DNA of 64,000 nucleotides, taken from positions 14,612 to 78,611 of the forward strand of contig JAUWOU010000001.1 in assembly GCA_030612005.1 (NCBI GenBank), in the 5' to 3' direction. The stretch comes from Candidatus Thorarchaeota archaeon (GTDB lineage: Archaea; Asgardarchaeota; Thorarchaeia; Thorarchaeales; Thorarchaeaceae). Positions 1-9,685 of this stretch are shown here, piece by piece. Every line of letters begins with the position of its first letter. Within the stretch, counting starts at the first letter, position 1. Under the pieces are notes generated by a model. The model ran no database searches, had not been told where the DNA came from, and saw only the letters and a list, made by a program, of their open reading frames with translations. Both the position numbers and the translations under genes were made by a program.

Positions 1-1
1 A

Positions 2-67
2 GACGCAATTAATGACTTTCGTGAATTGTTCAGCTATTATATGACACCAGGCGAAACAATGGAATAG
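2..67 (+). CDS. 3' end of an upstream CDS truncated by the window edge (...DAINDFRELFSYYMTPGETME*)
   Basis: Open frame from window start to TAG at 65-67; same strand, 12 nt before next gene. No product call possible. Confidence 0.25.
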   Translation, partial: DAINDFRELFSYYMTPGETME

Positions 68-79
68 GAGGGTTGCTGA

Positions 80-1144
80 TTGTCTGACTCTTCATCATTT
101 CATTTCGAAGACTTGATTGATCGAATGCTATTGCTGGTCACACTGAATTCAACCCTGATTCACTTTCTACTTAGCTCCCAAGTTGAAGGCAGCATTGACC
201 CTGATAGGGTAGACTCACTCACTCAAGGATTACTTAGAACAAGAAAATGGATGGAGGAAGCAACCACTATGAAAGGAATTCCTCCGTCAACACAGAATAT
301 TCTGAGTCTCATTGTAAAGCGGCTATCACAGGTTGAAAGCCTGCTTCCAAAGCTCTCAGACAAAGCCAAGCAGGCAGAGCAAACTCCCGCACAAGAAATA
401 CTCTCATTTCTTGATGGAACGAAAAGTGACGCAGTAGCACAACCTGGAAAGAGTTCCACTCCCACTACTGTAGAAACTGACCTTGTCCCATTAGTAGGAG
501 GAACTGAAGTAAAACCTGTGGAAGCCTATAGAAAGGTCGATGTAGAGGATGACCAGTTTGGATTAATTGGACAGATTCAGAGGCAGATTCAACAGTATTC
601 AGCTCGATGCCATGTAATGCTTCCAACATGGTGGTTAGAGGTCCTACGTGAGATTCATCGATACAAATCAGAGTCACCATATCTAGGGGATGTTATTGAG
701 CTTCCCTCACGAATTATGGTCAAAATCACAAAGGGATTACTCACAGAGGCTCCTGGGGCAAGACTCCTTCAAGATTTATTGAAGAGTCGTCAACAAGAAA
801 ATTATCTCAATGCTTCAGAACAGGAGCGTATTGAACGAGCGGTGAGTAAGTACTTCCAAGGTCTGGAAGGAATACTTAAAGAAAACGATGTCAATGTGAA
901 GGATAAAATCCTAGAAGCTCAGACTGCATTTGATGGATTTGGCTGGGGCGGTCCTGAACTTGAGAAACGCTTAATCAAGAGAATAAATCAAGAGTGTCAA
1001 GAAGCTCTCCAGAGCGCTGAATCTGCAAGTGACAAGCCACGACAGGTCATCTATGCAGAGATCACAAAACTACTCTGTAAACTTCAACATGCAATGCTTG
1101 CTGAACCAAGACCTAGAGAAATACTTGCTCAGATGAAGCCGTAA
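80..1144 (+). CDS. hypothetical protein, 354 aa, partly acidic/low-complexity N-terminal half, helical C-terminal half
   Basis: Long ORF, TTG start preceded by AGGAGGG 7 nt upstream (66-72). No recognisable motif. Confidence 0.5.
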   Translation: MSDSSSFHFEDLIDRMLLLVTLNSTLIHFLLSSQVEGSIDPDRVDSLTQGLLRTRKWMEEATTMKGIPPSTQNILSLIVKRLSQVESLLPKLSDKAKQAEQTPAQEILSFLDGTKSDAVAQPGKSSTPTTVETDLVPLVGGTEVKPVEAYRKVDVEDDQFGLIGQIQRQIQQYSARCHVMLPTWWLEVLREIHRYKSESPYLGDVIELPSRIMVKITKGLLTEAPGARLLQDLLKSRQQENYLNASEQERIERAVSKYFQGLEGILKENDVNVKDKILEAQTAFDGFGWGGPELEKRLIKRINQECQEALQSAESASDKPRQVIYAEITKLLCKLQHAMLAEPRPREILAQMKP

Positions 1145-1236
1145 GTTTCCTCCAGACTTTTCTCATAGCCTTCATAGGCACAGTTCATATAAGGGATTAT
1201 GATAATTCCTGCTCAATTACTAGACGAGGGAAAAAA

Positions 1237-2643
1237 ATGTCTGGCCTAAAGACCATGCTCAACCCAAAAGTAACTGCAGTTGTTGGTGTATCAACTTCAA
1301 ATCCATTTTCTCCTGGGAATGTTATTTTCAGAAAGCTTGCATTTGAAAATGGGTTACCTACATATCCTATCAATCCGAAAGGCGGAAAAGTCGAAGGTTT
1401 TGATGTATACAAGTCCATAGATGATGCTCCAAACGATATTGATCTCGTAGTCATCTCAGTGCCTGCAAGATATGTTCCTAGTGTATTGAATCAGTGTGGA
1501 GAAAAAGGAATCAAGTCTGTCATTGTCATTTCAGGCGGTTTCAGTGAAGTTGGTGAGGGAGGAGCAAGTCTGCAGTCGGAGATAATCGAGATTGCCAACA
1601 AATACAAGATTTCTATGGTTGGCCCAAATTGTATCGGAGTTTATGTTCCAGAAGTTCTAGACACCTTTTTCCTACCTTCGGAGCGAGTAGCTCGTTCAAG
1701 AAAGGGAAATGCAGCAATTATTTCTCAGAGTGGAGGCTGGCTTATCGAGAGACTGGAAGAGTTTGCAGATAGACGGGTAGGTATTGCAGCAGCTATCTCA
1801 ATTGGTAATGCAGCACAGACCAACGTTACTGACTTCATTGAACACTTTGGTAAGGATGACAATGTGAATGTAATCTTATGTTACATTGAAGGATTTGGAG
1901 AGGGCGAAGGTCGAGAATTTGTTGAGGCTTGTATGAAGATAGCAAAGAAGAAACCAGTAGTCGTGTTGAAGGGCGGAGAATCAGAAGCAGGACATCGGGC
2001 AACACAGAGCCATACTTCCTCACTTGCAGGAGATCAAGCTGTTGCAAAAGCTGCCTTCAAGCAGTACGGTGTAATTCATGCAATGGATGAAGATGAGGTC
2101 ATGGCATATGCAAAGATTTTCTCATTCAAACCAAAATATATGAAGAGCGATAGAATTGGTACCCTCTCTGTAAGTGGAGGGCATGGAGTAATTGCAAGTG
2201 ATGAGGCATCAAACTATGGACTCGAATTCCCACCATTCTCTGAAGAAGATCAACGAAGGATGAGAGAAGTAATGACTCCCGCATACCAGGGGATTGCATC
2301 GTTTAGAAACCCATGTGATCTAACTGGATCTGCTTCAGACATTGACTATGAGAAAGTACTCGACATCATGCTAACACTTGACAAGATTGACGCAGGTTTG
2401 TTACTCTTACTTCCATACGCTCCCGGAATTTCACTCCAGATCGGGGCAAGGGTTGCTAACGTATCAAAACGCTACTCAAAGACTGTTGTTGCATATGTTC
2501 CAGACTTAGACAAGTATGAAGTTATCATTCGGGGATTCGAACTCAACGGAATTGCAGTAGCGGATACCATAGAAGAAGCAGTCCAAATGCTCAATGGTAT
2601 TAGAACAAGAACGAGGTATTTGCAGAGTATTGGTGCGGTCTAA
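1237..2643 (+). CDS. ADP-forming acyl/acetyl-CoA synthetase alpha-type subunit (CoA-binding + succinyl-CoA-ligase-like domains)
   Basis: 468 aa. N-terminal CoA-binding domain pattern (INPKGGKVEGFDVYKSIDDAPNDIDLVVISVPARYV). Succinyl-CoA synthetase alpha-like middle region (ISQSGGW...VLKGGESEAGHRATQSHT with the phosphohistidine-type GH context). Size matches ACD alpha. Confidence 0.65.
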   Translation: MSGLKTMLNPKVTAVVGVSTSNPFSPGNVIFRKLAFENGLPTYPINPKGGKVEGFDVYKSIDDAPNDIDLVVISVPARYVPSVLNQCGEKGIKSVIVISGGFSEVGEGGASLQSEIIEIANKYKISMVGPNCIGVYVPEVLDTFFLPSERVARSRKGNAAIISQSGGWLIERLEEFADRRVGIAAAISIGNAAQTNVTDFIEHFGKDDNVNVILCYIEGFGEGEGREFVEACMKIAKKKPVVVLKGGESEAGHRATQSHTSSLAGDQAVAKAAFKQYGVIHAMDEDEVMAYAKIFSFKPKYMKSDRIGTLSVSGGHGVIASDEASNYGLEFPPFSEEDQRRMREVMTPAYQGIASFRNPCDLTGSASDIDYEKVLDIMLTLDKIDAGLLLLLPYAPGISLQIGARVANVSKRYSKTVVAYVPDLDKYEVIIRGFELNGIAVADTIEEAVQMLNGIRTRTRYLQSIGAV

Positions 2644-3770
2644 GTTCCTCCAGCGACCTTCTTGTAATCGATATCAAGAGACCTCAATGCTTCAACTAGT
2701 TTGCCCTTCAGGATAAGCGGTTTTGATGAAAATTCACTTACTGTTGAACATCCATTTAGATACATAGCAACTTTTAGTCCCTCTAGAATTCGTTCTAATT
2801 CAACTACAACATCAAGGGATGAACCGTGTACTGCTGGTCTAAGAACAGGATGAGCTAATCCAGCAGATATAGCTCCAAGACTCAGAGCTTTAGCGACATC
2901 TAATCCAGATCGAATCCCACCAGTGGCAATGACATCGAGTTCTGTTGAATCAAGAACCATAATGATACTAAGAGCTGTGGGTATTCCCCATGACCAAAAC
3001 TCAAGGCCAAGCTGAGCCTTAACATCATCTTCATCTTTAAGGGCTCGGAAATACTCTACCGCAGCCCAACTTGTACCACCGACACCTCCAACATCAACTC
3101 CATCGATTCCAATCTCTTCAAGATTTCTAGCTACTTCAGAGGAGATACCTGCACCTGTTTCCTTCACAATTACAGGAACATCAACTGAATCAACTATGGC
3201 TGCGATACTCTCAATCACACCCTCAGAGTTGCAATCACCCTCAGGCTGGATAGCTTCCTGCAAAGGGTTAAGATGAACTGCAAGAATATCTGCTTCAATC
3301 ATAGAAACAGCCTCAGCCGCAGCCTTAACATGTGTAGCCCCTATATTTGCAATCACAGGAACAGATGGAGCCCTCTCTCGAACGATTCGAAATGTGTCTG
3401 CAAGAGTAGGATCTTCGACAGCTGCTCGTTGACTCCCAACTCCGATTGGTAAACCTAGTTCTTCAGCCGCCATAGCAAGTCTCTCATTGATCCCATGCGT
3501 TTGTGGATGGCCTCCTGTCATGGCAGCTATAACCAAAGGCGCAGAAGCCTTGAACCCAAAGAAATTCGTTGTTAGGTCAATCCGGTCTTTGTCGATTTCA
3601 GGTAAGGCATTGTGAACAAACTCAATATCTTCAAACATTGTGGACCTTCGACATTGAACATCTTCATCAAGACAAATCTCAATGTGTTCAATCTTTCTTC
3701 GACGCGTCATTGAAGCCTCAGAACTATGATCATCTGAATCATTACTTGAGAAAGGTTTGTTATCAACCAT
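2640..3770 (-). CDS. fni: isopentenyl-diphosphate delta-isomerase, type 2 (FMN-dependent)
   Basis: Near-colinear match to Idi2 hallmarks: RRKxEHIEI, AMTGG, GVGSQR, PVIANIG, AVHLNPLQEAIQPEGD, VIVKETGAGIS, GGTSWAAVE, GGIRSGLDVAKALSLGA. GGAGGT RBS 6 nt upstream of the ATG at 3770. Confidence 0.9.
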   Translation of the reverse strand: MVDNKPFSSNDSDDHSSEASMTRRRKIEHIEICLDEDVQCRRSTMFEDIEFVHNALPEIDKDRIDLTTNFFGFKASAPLVIAAMTGGHPQTHGINERLAMAAEELGLPIGVGSQRAAVEDPTLADTFRIVRERAPSVPVIANIGATHVKAAAEAVSMIEADILAVHLNPLQEAIQPEGDCNSEGVIESIAAIVDSVDVPVIVKETGAGISSEVARNLEEIGIDGVDVGGVGGTSWAAVEYFRALKDEDDVKAQLGLEFWSWGIPTALSIIMVLDSTELDVIATGGIRSGLDVAKALSLGAISAGLAHPVLRPAVHGSSLDVVVELERILEGLKVAMYLNGCSTVSEFSSKPLILKGKLVEALRSLDIDYKKVAGGT

Positions 3771-3916
3771 TACTCTACCTCCAAGTTCTAATGATTAACA
3801 AAGCTAATACACAGATAGAACTTACGGTGTAACTAGTAATCCATGTTATCTGTCAATACTTGCGCGATACAAAGCCTTTATTCATTATTTCATTACAAAT
3901 TTAGATAGTGGCTAAG

Positions 3917-4462
3917 ATGGCAGACGAAGAAAAATTTAGGATTGAAGAGCCAGAAGAAAAGGATCCTGCACAAGAAAAGAAAGGTTTCTTTAGACCACTT
4001 CCAAAAGTCGAAAAGAAAACAAGAATGAAAGATGGAAAGGCACAACCAGTGGTCAAGTTTCTTGGCATTTCAGTGTATGAGAAAAATCGTGATAGATTGG
4101 TTCTCATCCTCATGCCACTACTTGCTGCCATCATAAATACGTCCATTTACTCTTTTGTGACTCTAAGCTTATGGGAAGATTCCGCCACATACCTATTTTT
4201 TGTCCCTGTTATTGTAGCAATTCCAATTGGACTAGTTATTGCTGAAACTGGTCCAGCGTTAATCGGCGGACTCTTGAGCTCAATATTCTTCTTTGTATTC
4301 TTCGTTATCTTCCTAACTTCACCAGCCTTCATGACACCAGAACTGGGAATCGGTAATTTCCTAATTAGTGGCATTACATTATCTGTTGGGTATTTCATAT
4401 TCATAATAGTAGCTGGATTACTTGGCTCAATAATTGGTACAATCATCCGTGAATTTGCATGA
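3917..4462 (+). CDS. small integral membrane protein (charged N-terminal tail, 4 predicted TM segments)
   Basis: ORF track 3908..4462 (GTG); ATG at 3917 gives MADEEKF.... The K/E-rich N-terminus is followed by long hydrophobic stretches. Confidence 0.45.
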   Translation: MADEEKFRIEEPEEKDPAQEKKGFFRPLPKVEKKTRMKDGKAQPVVKFLGISVYEKNRDRLVLILMPLLAAIINTSIYSFVTLSLWEDSATYLFFVPVIVAIPIGLVIAETGPALIGGLLSSIFFFVFFVIFLTSPAFMTPELGIGNFLISGITLSVGYFIFIIVAGLLGSIIGTIIREFA

Positions 4463-4570
4463 CATAGAAAGAAAAAAACATTAACCTCGTGAAACTACAA
4501 TAGAATCACTATACAAGCCATTTAGCGCAGTGAGAGATTTTATTAGGAGTTTTTTTTCTGCTACTTTCGC

Positions 4571-5176
4571 ATGAGAAGGATAGGCGTCCTTGTTAGCGGG
4601 AGAGGGTCCAATCTTCAGGCACTCCTTGACGCCGAATCTCGAGGAGAATTGAGTGGGCAGATAGTTGTTGTGATCAGTAATAAGATTCAAGCTTTTGCAC
4701 TGGAAAGAGCAAGGAAGGTTGGTGTGCAAGCAATACTGATAACAAAATCAGAATTTCCTGACCGTCAGAATTTTGATGAACAGATAGCTGAAGTACTTCG
4801 TTCTTACAAGGTTGATCTTGTTGTACTAGCAGGATACATGAGAATGTTCACTGAGCAATTCATTATTGAATTTCAAGACAGGATAATCAATGTGCATCCA
4901 TCATTACTTCCGGCATTCAAGGGAGTAAAAGCTCAGTGGCAAGCTATTGAATATGGAGCCAAAGTATCGGGATGTTCCACTCACTTTGTTACTTTCGATA
5001 TGGATGCAGGACCTATCATCATGCAAAAGGCAGTTCCAATCTTCCCTGATGATACAGGAGAAACACTGTCAAAAAGGATTCTTCCTGAGGAACACAGAAT
5101 ACTAGTAAAATCTGTCCGACTATTCTGCGAGGACAAACTTAGAATAGAAGGTCGTAATGTTATAGTTAAGGAGTAG
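4571..5176 (+). CDS. purN: phosphoribosylglycinamide formyltransferase (GAR transformylase, PurN)
   Basis: MRRIGVLVSGRGSNLQALLDA N-terminus. Formyltransferase fold motifs (NVHPSLLPAFKG, HFV..DMDAGPII). First gene of a translationally coupled pur operon; stop TAG at 5174-5176 overlaps the purF start. Confidence 0.85.
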   Translation: MRRIGVLVSGRGSNLQALLDAESRGELSGQIVVVISNKIQAFALERARKVGVQAILITKSEFPDRQNFDEQIAEVLRSYKVDLVVLAGYMRMFTEQFIIEFQDRIINVHPSLLPAFKGVKAQWQAIEYGAKVSGCSTHFVTFDMDAGPIIMQKAVPIFPDDTGETLSKRILPEEHRILVKSVRLFCEDKLRIEGRNVIVKE

Positions 5177-6585
5177 TGGTTAGTGTGTGTGGAGTATTGG
5201 GTATACTGGGTAATTTCCCTCTTAGAGTGGCAAGAGATCTTCTTCTTCTTCTAACTCATAGAGGGCAAGATGCTGCAGGTCTACTATGGATAGAGAAGGA
5301 ATCTATTGAAACTAGCAAAGCAATGGGAAATCCAGGAAAGATCGAGGTACCAGAGATTAGTCCAATGCATATTCTTGGTAGTACAAGGTACCCAACTACT
5401 GGTAAGCGTGTCGCATCGTCAGATGATCTTGATACATTTGTGGGACCCTTTAACATAGATGAGATATCGATGACACACAACGGAAACATCACGAATATGT
5501 CATACGTATCAGATATACAAGTTGATTGTGATTCAGAGTTTCTGGCGGAGAGACTCTCTTTTCATTTGAAATCTAATGAAGTAAACCTACCTGATGCATT
5601 CAAGAAACTTGATGCGGAAGTTGATGGTTCGTATAGTCTAACTGGTCTATATCAGGGAAAATTATTTGCCTATCGAGATAGTCATGGTTTCAAACCACTC
5701 GTCTTTGGTCGCACAAAAGAGAATACAATCGTTGCATCAGAAAGTCAAGTTCTTGATATGGCAGAAGTGCCTCTTGAGAGAGATGTGTACCCAGGAGAGC
5801 TTCTTATCTTTGACCAAAAGGGAACCATGGAGTCCCATTCAATTTCACAGAATTCAACACATTCACATTGCTTCTTCGAATATGTTTACTTTGCCCACCC
5901 AGCAGCTAAGATGGAGAACCAGCTTGTCTATGATGTACGCTTTCGACTAGGGCGAGCACTTGCTCAAAGTTTTCTAAAACTAAATCTTGAAACACCAGAT
6001 TACGTTGTTCCAGTACCAGATACGAGTAGACCAGCCGCGCAGGCAATGGCAGAAACACTGTCAGTTCCAATGCGAGAGATTATCCTGAAGAATAGATATC
6101 TAGGTAGAACCTTCATCGCGGGGTCGCACGAAGAGAGAAACTCGATGGCAAAGAGGAAGTACATCTACTTGGATGACAAGATCACAGGAAGGACCATTCT
6201 AGTTGTGGATGATAGTATTGTGAGAGGAACCACAGCAAAGATGATCATTGCAGACCTCAAAAAGAAAGGAGCAGCCAAGATATATTTTGCAGCAACATGC
6301 CCGCCACAGACGCATCCTTGTTACTACGGAATTGATATTGCAACAGATAGTGAATTGATAGCCTGTACTACAGATATCAACTCCATCGCAGATTTCATTG
6401 GAGCAGACGCACTGATATATCAGGAGCAACACACTGTAGAAAATGCAATTGGGCTCAAAGATCTCTGTATTGCTTGTCTAGATGGCAATTATCCAACAGA
6501 ACATGCACGAAAAATTCGAAATAACGTATCACAGCATAGCTCGACCACAAATCAGCGTGATTATGAGAGGGATTTCTCACAATGA
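5176..6585 (+). CDS. purF: amidophosphoribosyltransferase (glutamine PRPP amidotransferase, PurF)
   Basis: Ntn-type N-terminus with Cys (V)CGVLGI. PRTase motif VVDDSIVRGTT. The likely true start is GTG at 5185 (giving M-C-G-V-L-G), with AAGGAG at 5168-5173. Confidence 0.9.
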   Translation: MVSVCGVLGILGNFPLRVARDLLLLLTHRGQDAAGLLWIEKESIETSKAMGNPGKIEVPEISPMHILGSTRYPTTGKRVASSDDLDTFVGPFNIDEISMTHNGNITNMSYVSDIQVDCDSEFLAERLSFHLKSNEVNLPDAFKKLDAEVDGSYSLTGLYQGKLFAYRDSHGFKPLVFGRTKENTIVASESQVLDMAEVPLERDVYPGELLIFDQKGTMESHSISQNSTHSHCFFEYVYFAHPAAKMENQLVYDVRFRLGRALAQSFLKLNLETPDYVVPVPDTSRPAAQAMAETLSVPMREIILKNRYLGRTFIAGSHEERNSMAKRKYIYLDDKITGRTILVVDDSIVRGTTAKMIIADLKKKGAAKIYFAATCPPQTHPCYYGIDIATDSELIACTTDINSIADFIGADALIYQEQHTVENAIGLKDLCIACLDGNYPTEHARKIRNNVSQHSSTTNQRDYERDFSQ

Positions 6586-7535
6586 AGATTGGAACGCTTG
6601 CAAGCCATAGTGCACTGAATATAATCTCAGGTGCAAAGGCAGAGGGTTTTGAAACCGAATTATACTGTACCCCAGAGAGAATTCCCTTTTACAAGTCATT
6701 TGGCATGGAAGACTCCATTGTTGAAGTACCTTCATTCGAAGCAATTCTTGAGATGGATCTTTCAGATGTAATCATAATACCACATGGATCGTTTGTCGCA
6801 TACATTGGTTCTGAGAAAATTCTGAAGTCAGATATGAGATTGTTTGGGAATAAAGAATTACTTCGCTGGGAAGAAGATCGTCAACTAAAATCTCAGCTCA
6901 TGAAAGAAGCAGGACTTCGAGTTCCAAGAGAATTCAATGAACTGGATGATGTGAACACTCCAGTCATAGTGAAATCGGATGGAGCAGCTGGAGGAGTAGG
7001 ATATTTCATTGCAGCTAACAGAGAAGAAATTGCAGCTAAATTAGACTCTACGAAAGGATACACATTCCAAGAATACATAGTTGGAACCAAGGTTTTTGTA
7101 ACATACTTTAATTCTATAGCCAAAGATAGGTTAGAAGTATTCGGGGCAGATATCCGATACGAAACTGATGCTGATGCTAACCTACGATTCGATGATAAAC
7201 CATCTTTCGTAGTTGTAGGAAATCTTCCACTTGTTCTTCGAGAATCCACACTTGCACAATACTACGATATGGGAGTGGGATTCATTGATGCATTCAAAAG
7301 AAAGACCGGACAGAACTTGGCAGGACCATTTTGTATTGAAACTATTATCGATAAGAACCAAGATATCTACACGTTTGAGTTCAGTGGAAGGATAGTTGCA
7401 GGTACGAATGTTTGGATGCCCTCTTCACCCTATTCTTTTGTCTTATTTGGAGAGGATATGTGGATGGGAAGAAGAATCGCAAAAGAAATTCGAGATCTTC
7501 TTGAAACAGGAAGATTGGATGATGTTTTGAGGTGA
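6582..7535 (+). CDS. purP: PurP-family ATP-grasp protein (5-formaminoimidazole-4-carboxamide ribonucleotide synthetase paralog)
   Basis: Strong similarity to archaeal PurP pattern (IGTLASHSALNIISGAKAEGF, IIPHGSFVAYIG, FGNKELLRWEEDR, GLRVP, IVK..GAAGGVGYFIA). The ATGA overlap with the purF stop indicates coupling. Confidence 0.8.
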   Translation: MKIGTLASHSALNIISGAKAEGFETELYCTPERIPFYKSFGMEDSIVEVPSFEAILEMDLSDVIIIPHGSFVAYIGSEKILKSDMRLFGNKELLRWEEDRQLKSQLMKEAGLRVPREFNELDDVNTPVIVKSDGAAGGVGYFIAANREEIAAKLDSTKGYTFQEYIVGTKVFVTYFNSIAKDRLEVFGADIRYETDADANLRFDDKPSFVVVGNLPLVLRESTLAQYYDMGVGFIDAFKRKTGQNLAGPFCIETIIDKNQDIYTFEFSGRIVAGTNVWMPSSPYSFVLFGEDMWMGRRIAKEIRDLLETGRLDDVLR

Positions 7536-7636
7536 TGGTTATGTACGATTGTGAAGTAGAACATAAGACTTACAAACCAATAGTATTCCCAAACCACGGG
7601 AATGGTCTTATTCAGTGTTTGGAGGTAACTAGATGA
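7535..7636 (+). CDS. 33-codon micro-ORF exactly bridging the two purP genes (MVMYDCEVEHKTYKPIVFPNHGNGLIQCLEVTR)
   Basis: The ATG overlaps the purP-1 stop (TGATG). The TGA overlaps the purP-2 start (ATGA). No stop codon across the whole intergenic space. It could be a chance ORF. Confidence 0.2.
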   Translation: MVMYDCEVEHKTYKPIVFPNHGNGLIQCLEVTR

Positions 7637-8706
7637 AGCTCCCAACCATAGGAATGCTTGGTTCACATAGTGCAGAGGAAATAGGGACATCTGCCAAAGC
7701 CAATGGATTCGAAACTGTAATAGTGTGTCAGAAAGGAAGGGACAGTCTCTATACTCATTATAACAAGCATCTTTACGACCATGTGATAGTTCTGGATAAA
7801 TTCAGTGAAATGATTCATGAAGAAACACAAGAGCGATTGAGAGAGCTCGACACGATTTGGATTCCAAACCGTTCGTTCTCAGTTTATGTTGGTTATGAGG
7901 AAATTGAGAAGAACTTTAAAATTCCAATATATGGAAATCGAAGAATATTGAGGGTGGAAGAGAGAGGACCCGAGAAGGATCAATACTGGTTATTGAAGCA
8001 GGCAGGAATCAGGATACCTAAGTCGTTCACACCTGATTCTATTGATAGGTTAGTTATAGTGAAGGTTCAACAAAAAGGGCGTCCTTTGGAAAGAGCATTC
8101 TTCTACGCAACAACACCAGCTGAATACGAAAAGAAAAGCCAGTCGATGATCAAGAATAATCTAATTTCAGAAAAGGACTTGTCACAATCGACAATTGAAG
8201 AGTTTGTTATTGCACCACGATTTAACGCTAATTTTCAAGCTTATGCAATGGACGACCATTTTGGTAACCTGGATTTTGTTGGATTTGATGATAGAATACA
8301 AACAAGTCTAGGAGGTCTCCTCAATCTACCAGCAAATGAACAAATAAAAATCGACTTCACTGTGATGAATGAAGAAGCTGGTCATAAAGGGGTTACAATG
8401 AGAGAGAGTAAGAAACCACTTGTCTATGAGGCGGCTGAGTCATTATTGGACAGTGTTAGAAAACACTTCCCACCCAGGATGATAGGACTTTTCTCATTAC
8501 AAGGGGCACTAACTGAGGAGTCCGAGTTTATTGTCTTCGACCTTAGTCCAAGAGTTCCAGGGGCACCATGTGTGGGTCCCACAAGTCCGGAGATGAGAAG
8601 GTTATCACTCAAACTCGGTAAGAGTGTTCAATCACCATTAGACCTGTGTATGTTTGATATTCATAAAGCAGTACAAGAAAACAGAATCAATGACGCATCA
8701 ACCTAA
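7633..8706 (+). CDS. purP: PurP (formate-dependent FAICAR synthetase, ATP-grasp)
   Basis: IGMLGSHSAEEI..GFETVIVCQKGRD, IPNRSFSVYVGYEEIE, YGNRRILRVEERG, AGIRIPKSF match the MJ0136-type PurP. GGAGGT RBS 7 nt upstream. Confidence 0.8.
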   Translation: MKLPTIGMLGSHSAEEIGTSAKANGFETVIVCQKGRDSLYTHYNKHLYDHVIVLDKFSEMIHEETQERLRELDTIWIPNRSFSVYVGYEEIEKNFKIPIYGNRRILRVEERGPEKDQYWLLKQAGIRIPKSFTPDSIDRLVIVKVQQKGRPLERAFFYATTPAEYEKKSQSMIKNNLISEKDLSQSTIEEFVIAPRFNANFQAYAMDDHFGNLDFVGFDDRIQTSLGGLLNLPANEQIKIDFTVMNEEAGHKGVTMRESKKPLVYEAAESLLDSVRKHFPPRMIGLFSLQGALTEESEFIVFDLSPRVPGAPCVGPTSPEMRRLSLKLGKSVQSPLDLCMFDIHKAVQENRINDAST

Positions 8707-8719
8707 AGGAGAGAATGAA

Positions 8720-9685
8720 ATGGACCTGATTCACGAAGGAAAAGCAAAACGAGTCTTACAGGACCCAGATTCACCAGAACGTGTAATCATTGAATTCACT
8801 GATACTGTAACTGCAGGAGATGGAGACAAGAAAAAAGAATTCGTAGGAAAAGGGACTATAGCCTGCGAAATGTCAAAGTACCTCTTCGGATATCTTGAAG
8901 GAAAGGGTATTGATACACACTATGTAAAGAAATTGGCGGAGAACCAGCTTCTTTGCAAGAAAGTCACGATTATCCCCATCGAAGTTGTATGCCGAAACAT
9001 TGCAGCTGGTTCATTCTGTAGAAGATACGGAATCGAAAAAGGAATTGAATTAACTCAGCCTCTCATCGAGTTCTTTATGAAGGATGACAAATTGCATGAT
9101 CCATTGATTACAACAGGTGCTATCATCAGACTTGGACTTGCAGAACGAGAGGACCTAGACTTCATGAGATCTGTTACGCTCTCAGTTAACTATTATCTTG
9201 AAGAACTGTTTAAACAGAGAAACCTGATACTTGTTGATTTCAAATTGGAATTTGGTCGAACTGAAAAAGGACATATTGTTGTTGCAGATGAGATATCTCC
9301 AGATATAATGAGAATTTGGGATTCAAAAGCCGCATCATTGGATAAAGATATTTTCAGAGAGGACAAGGGCGATTTGGTTGCTACTTACACTCAAGTCTTT
9401 GAGGAGATGAAGAAAGCAAATCCAGATGAAGTTGAACCAAGAACAGAATCAATTCAGGTGATTGTAGAGTCAAAATCAGGGATCAAGAACCCGCCAGGAG
9501 AAGTGACAAAGAAGGCACTCGGTCGTTTGGGATTTGCGGATGTTGAAGAAGTACGAATGGGTAAAGTTTTCAAAATTGTATTGAGGAAACCTATCACATC
9601 AGAGATACTTAATCAGCTTTCTATAATGAATGTAAAACTCCTCTCTAATCCTATTTCAGAGAAATACAAGGTGAGGCTCGAGTAG
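8720..9685 (+). CDS. purC: SAICAR synthetase fused to PurS (PurC-PurS fusion protein)
   Basis: PurC N-terminus MDLIHEGKAKRV and body (GKGTIACEMS, IPIEVVCRNIAAGS, ILVDFKLEFG). The C-terminal ~85 aa (IQVIVESKSGIKNPPGEVTKKALGRLGFADVEEVRMGKVFKIVL) is a PurS domain. ORF track start 8654 overlaps the upstream gene; ATG 8720 has AAAGGAGAG RBS at 8705-8713. Confidence 0.85.
   Translation: MDLIHEGKAKRVLQDPDSPERVIIEFTDTVTAGDGDKKKEFVGKGTIACEMSKYLFGYLEGKGIDTHYVKKLAENQLLCKKVTIIPIEVVCRNIAAGSFCRRYGIEKGIELTQPLIEFFMKDDKLHDPLITTGAIIRLGLAEREDLDFMRSVTLSVNYYLEELFKQRNLILVDFKLEFGRTEKGHIVVADEISPDIMRIWDSKAASLDKDIFREDKGDLVATYTQVFEEMKKANPDEVEPRTESIQVIVESKSGIKNPPGEVTKKALGRLGFADVEEVRMGKVFKIVLRKPITSEILNQLSIMNVKLLSNPISEKYKVRLE

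Noticed and set aside
223-680. Antisense ORFs 223..465 and 465..680 (and many similar 60-140 aa antisense ORFs, e.g. 10934..11359, 13251..13571, 34766..35086, 41647..42018, 56902..57207, 58815..59327)
   Set aside because: Each is fully embedded antisense within a longer ORF that has clear family-level similarity or strong protein-like character. Their products are low-complexity. They are shadow ORFs.
8654-8719. Upstream extension of purC overlapping purP-2
   Set aside because: The conserved PurC N-terminus begins at MDLIHEGKAK (8720), which has a strong RBS. The extension would overlap the preceding gene by 53 nt.
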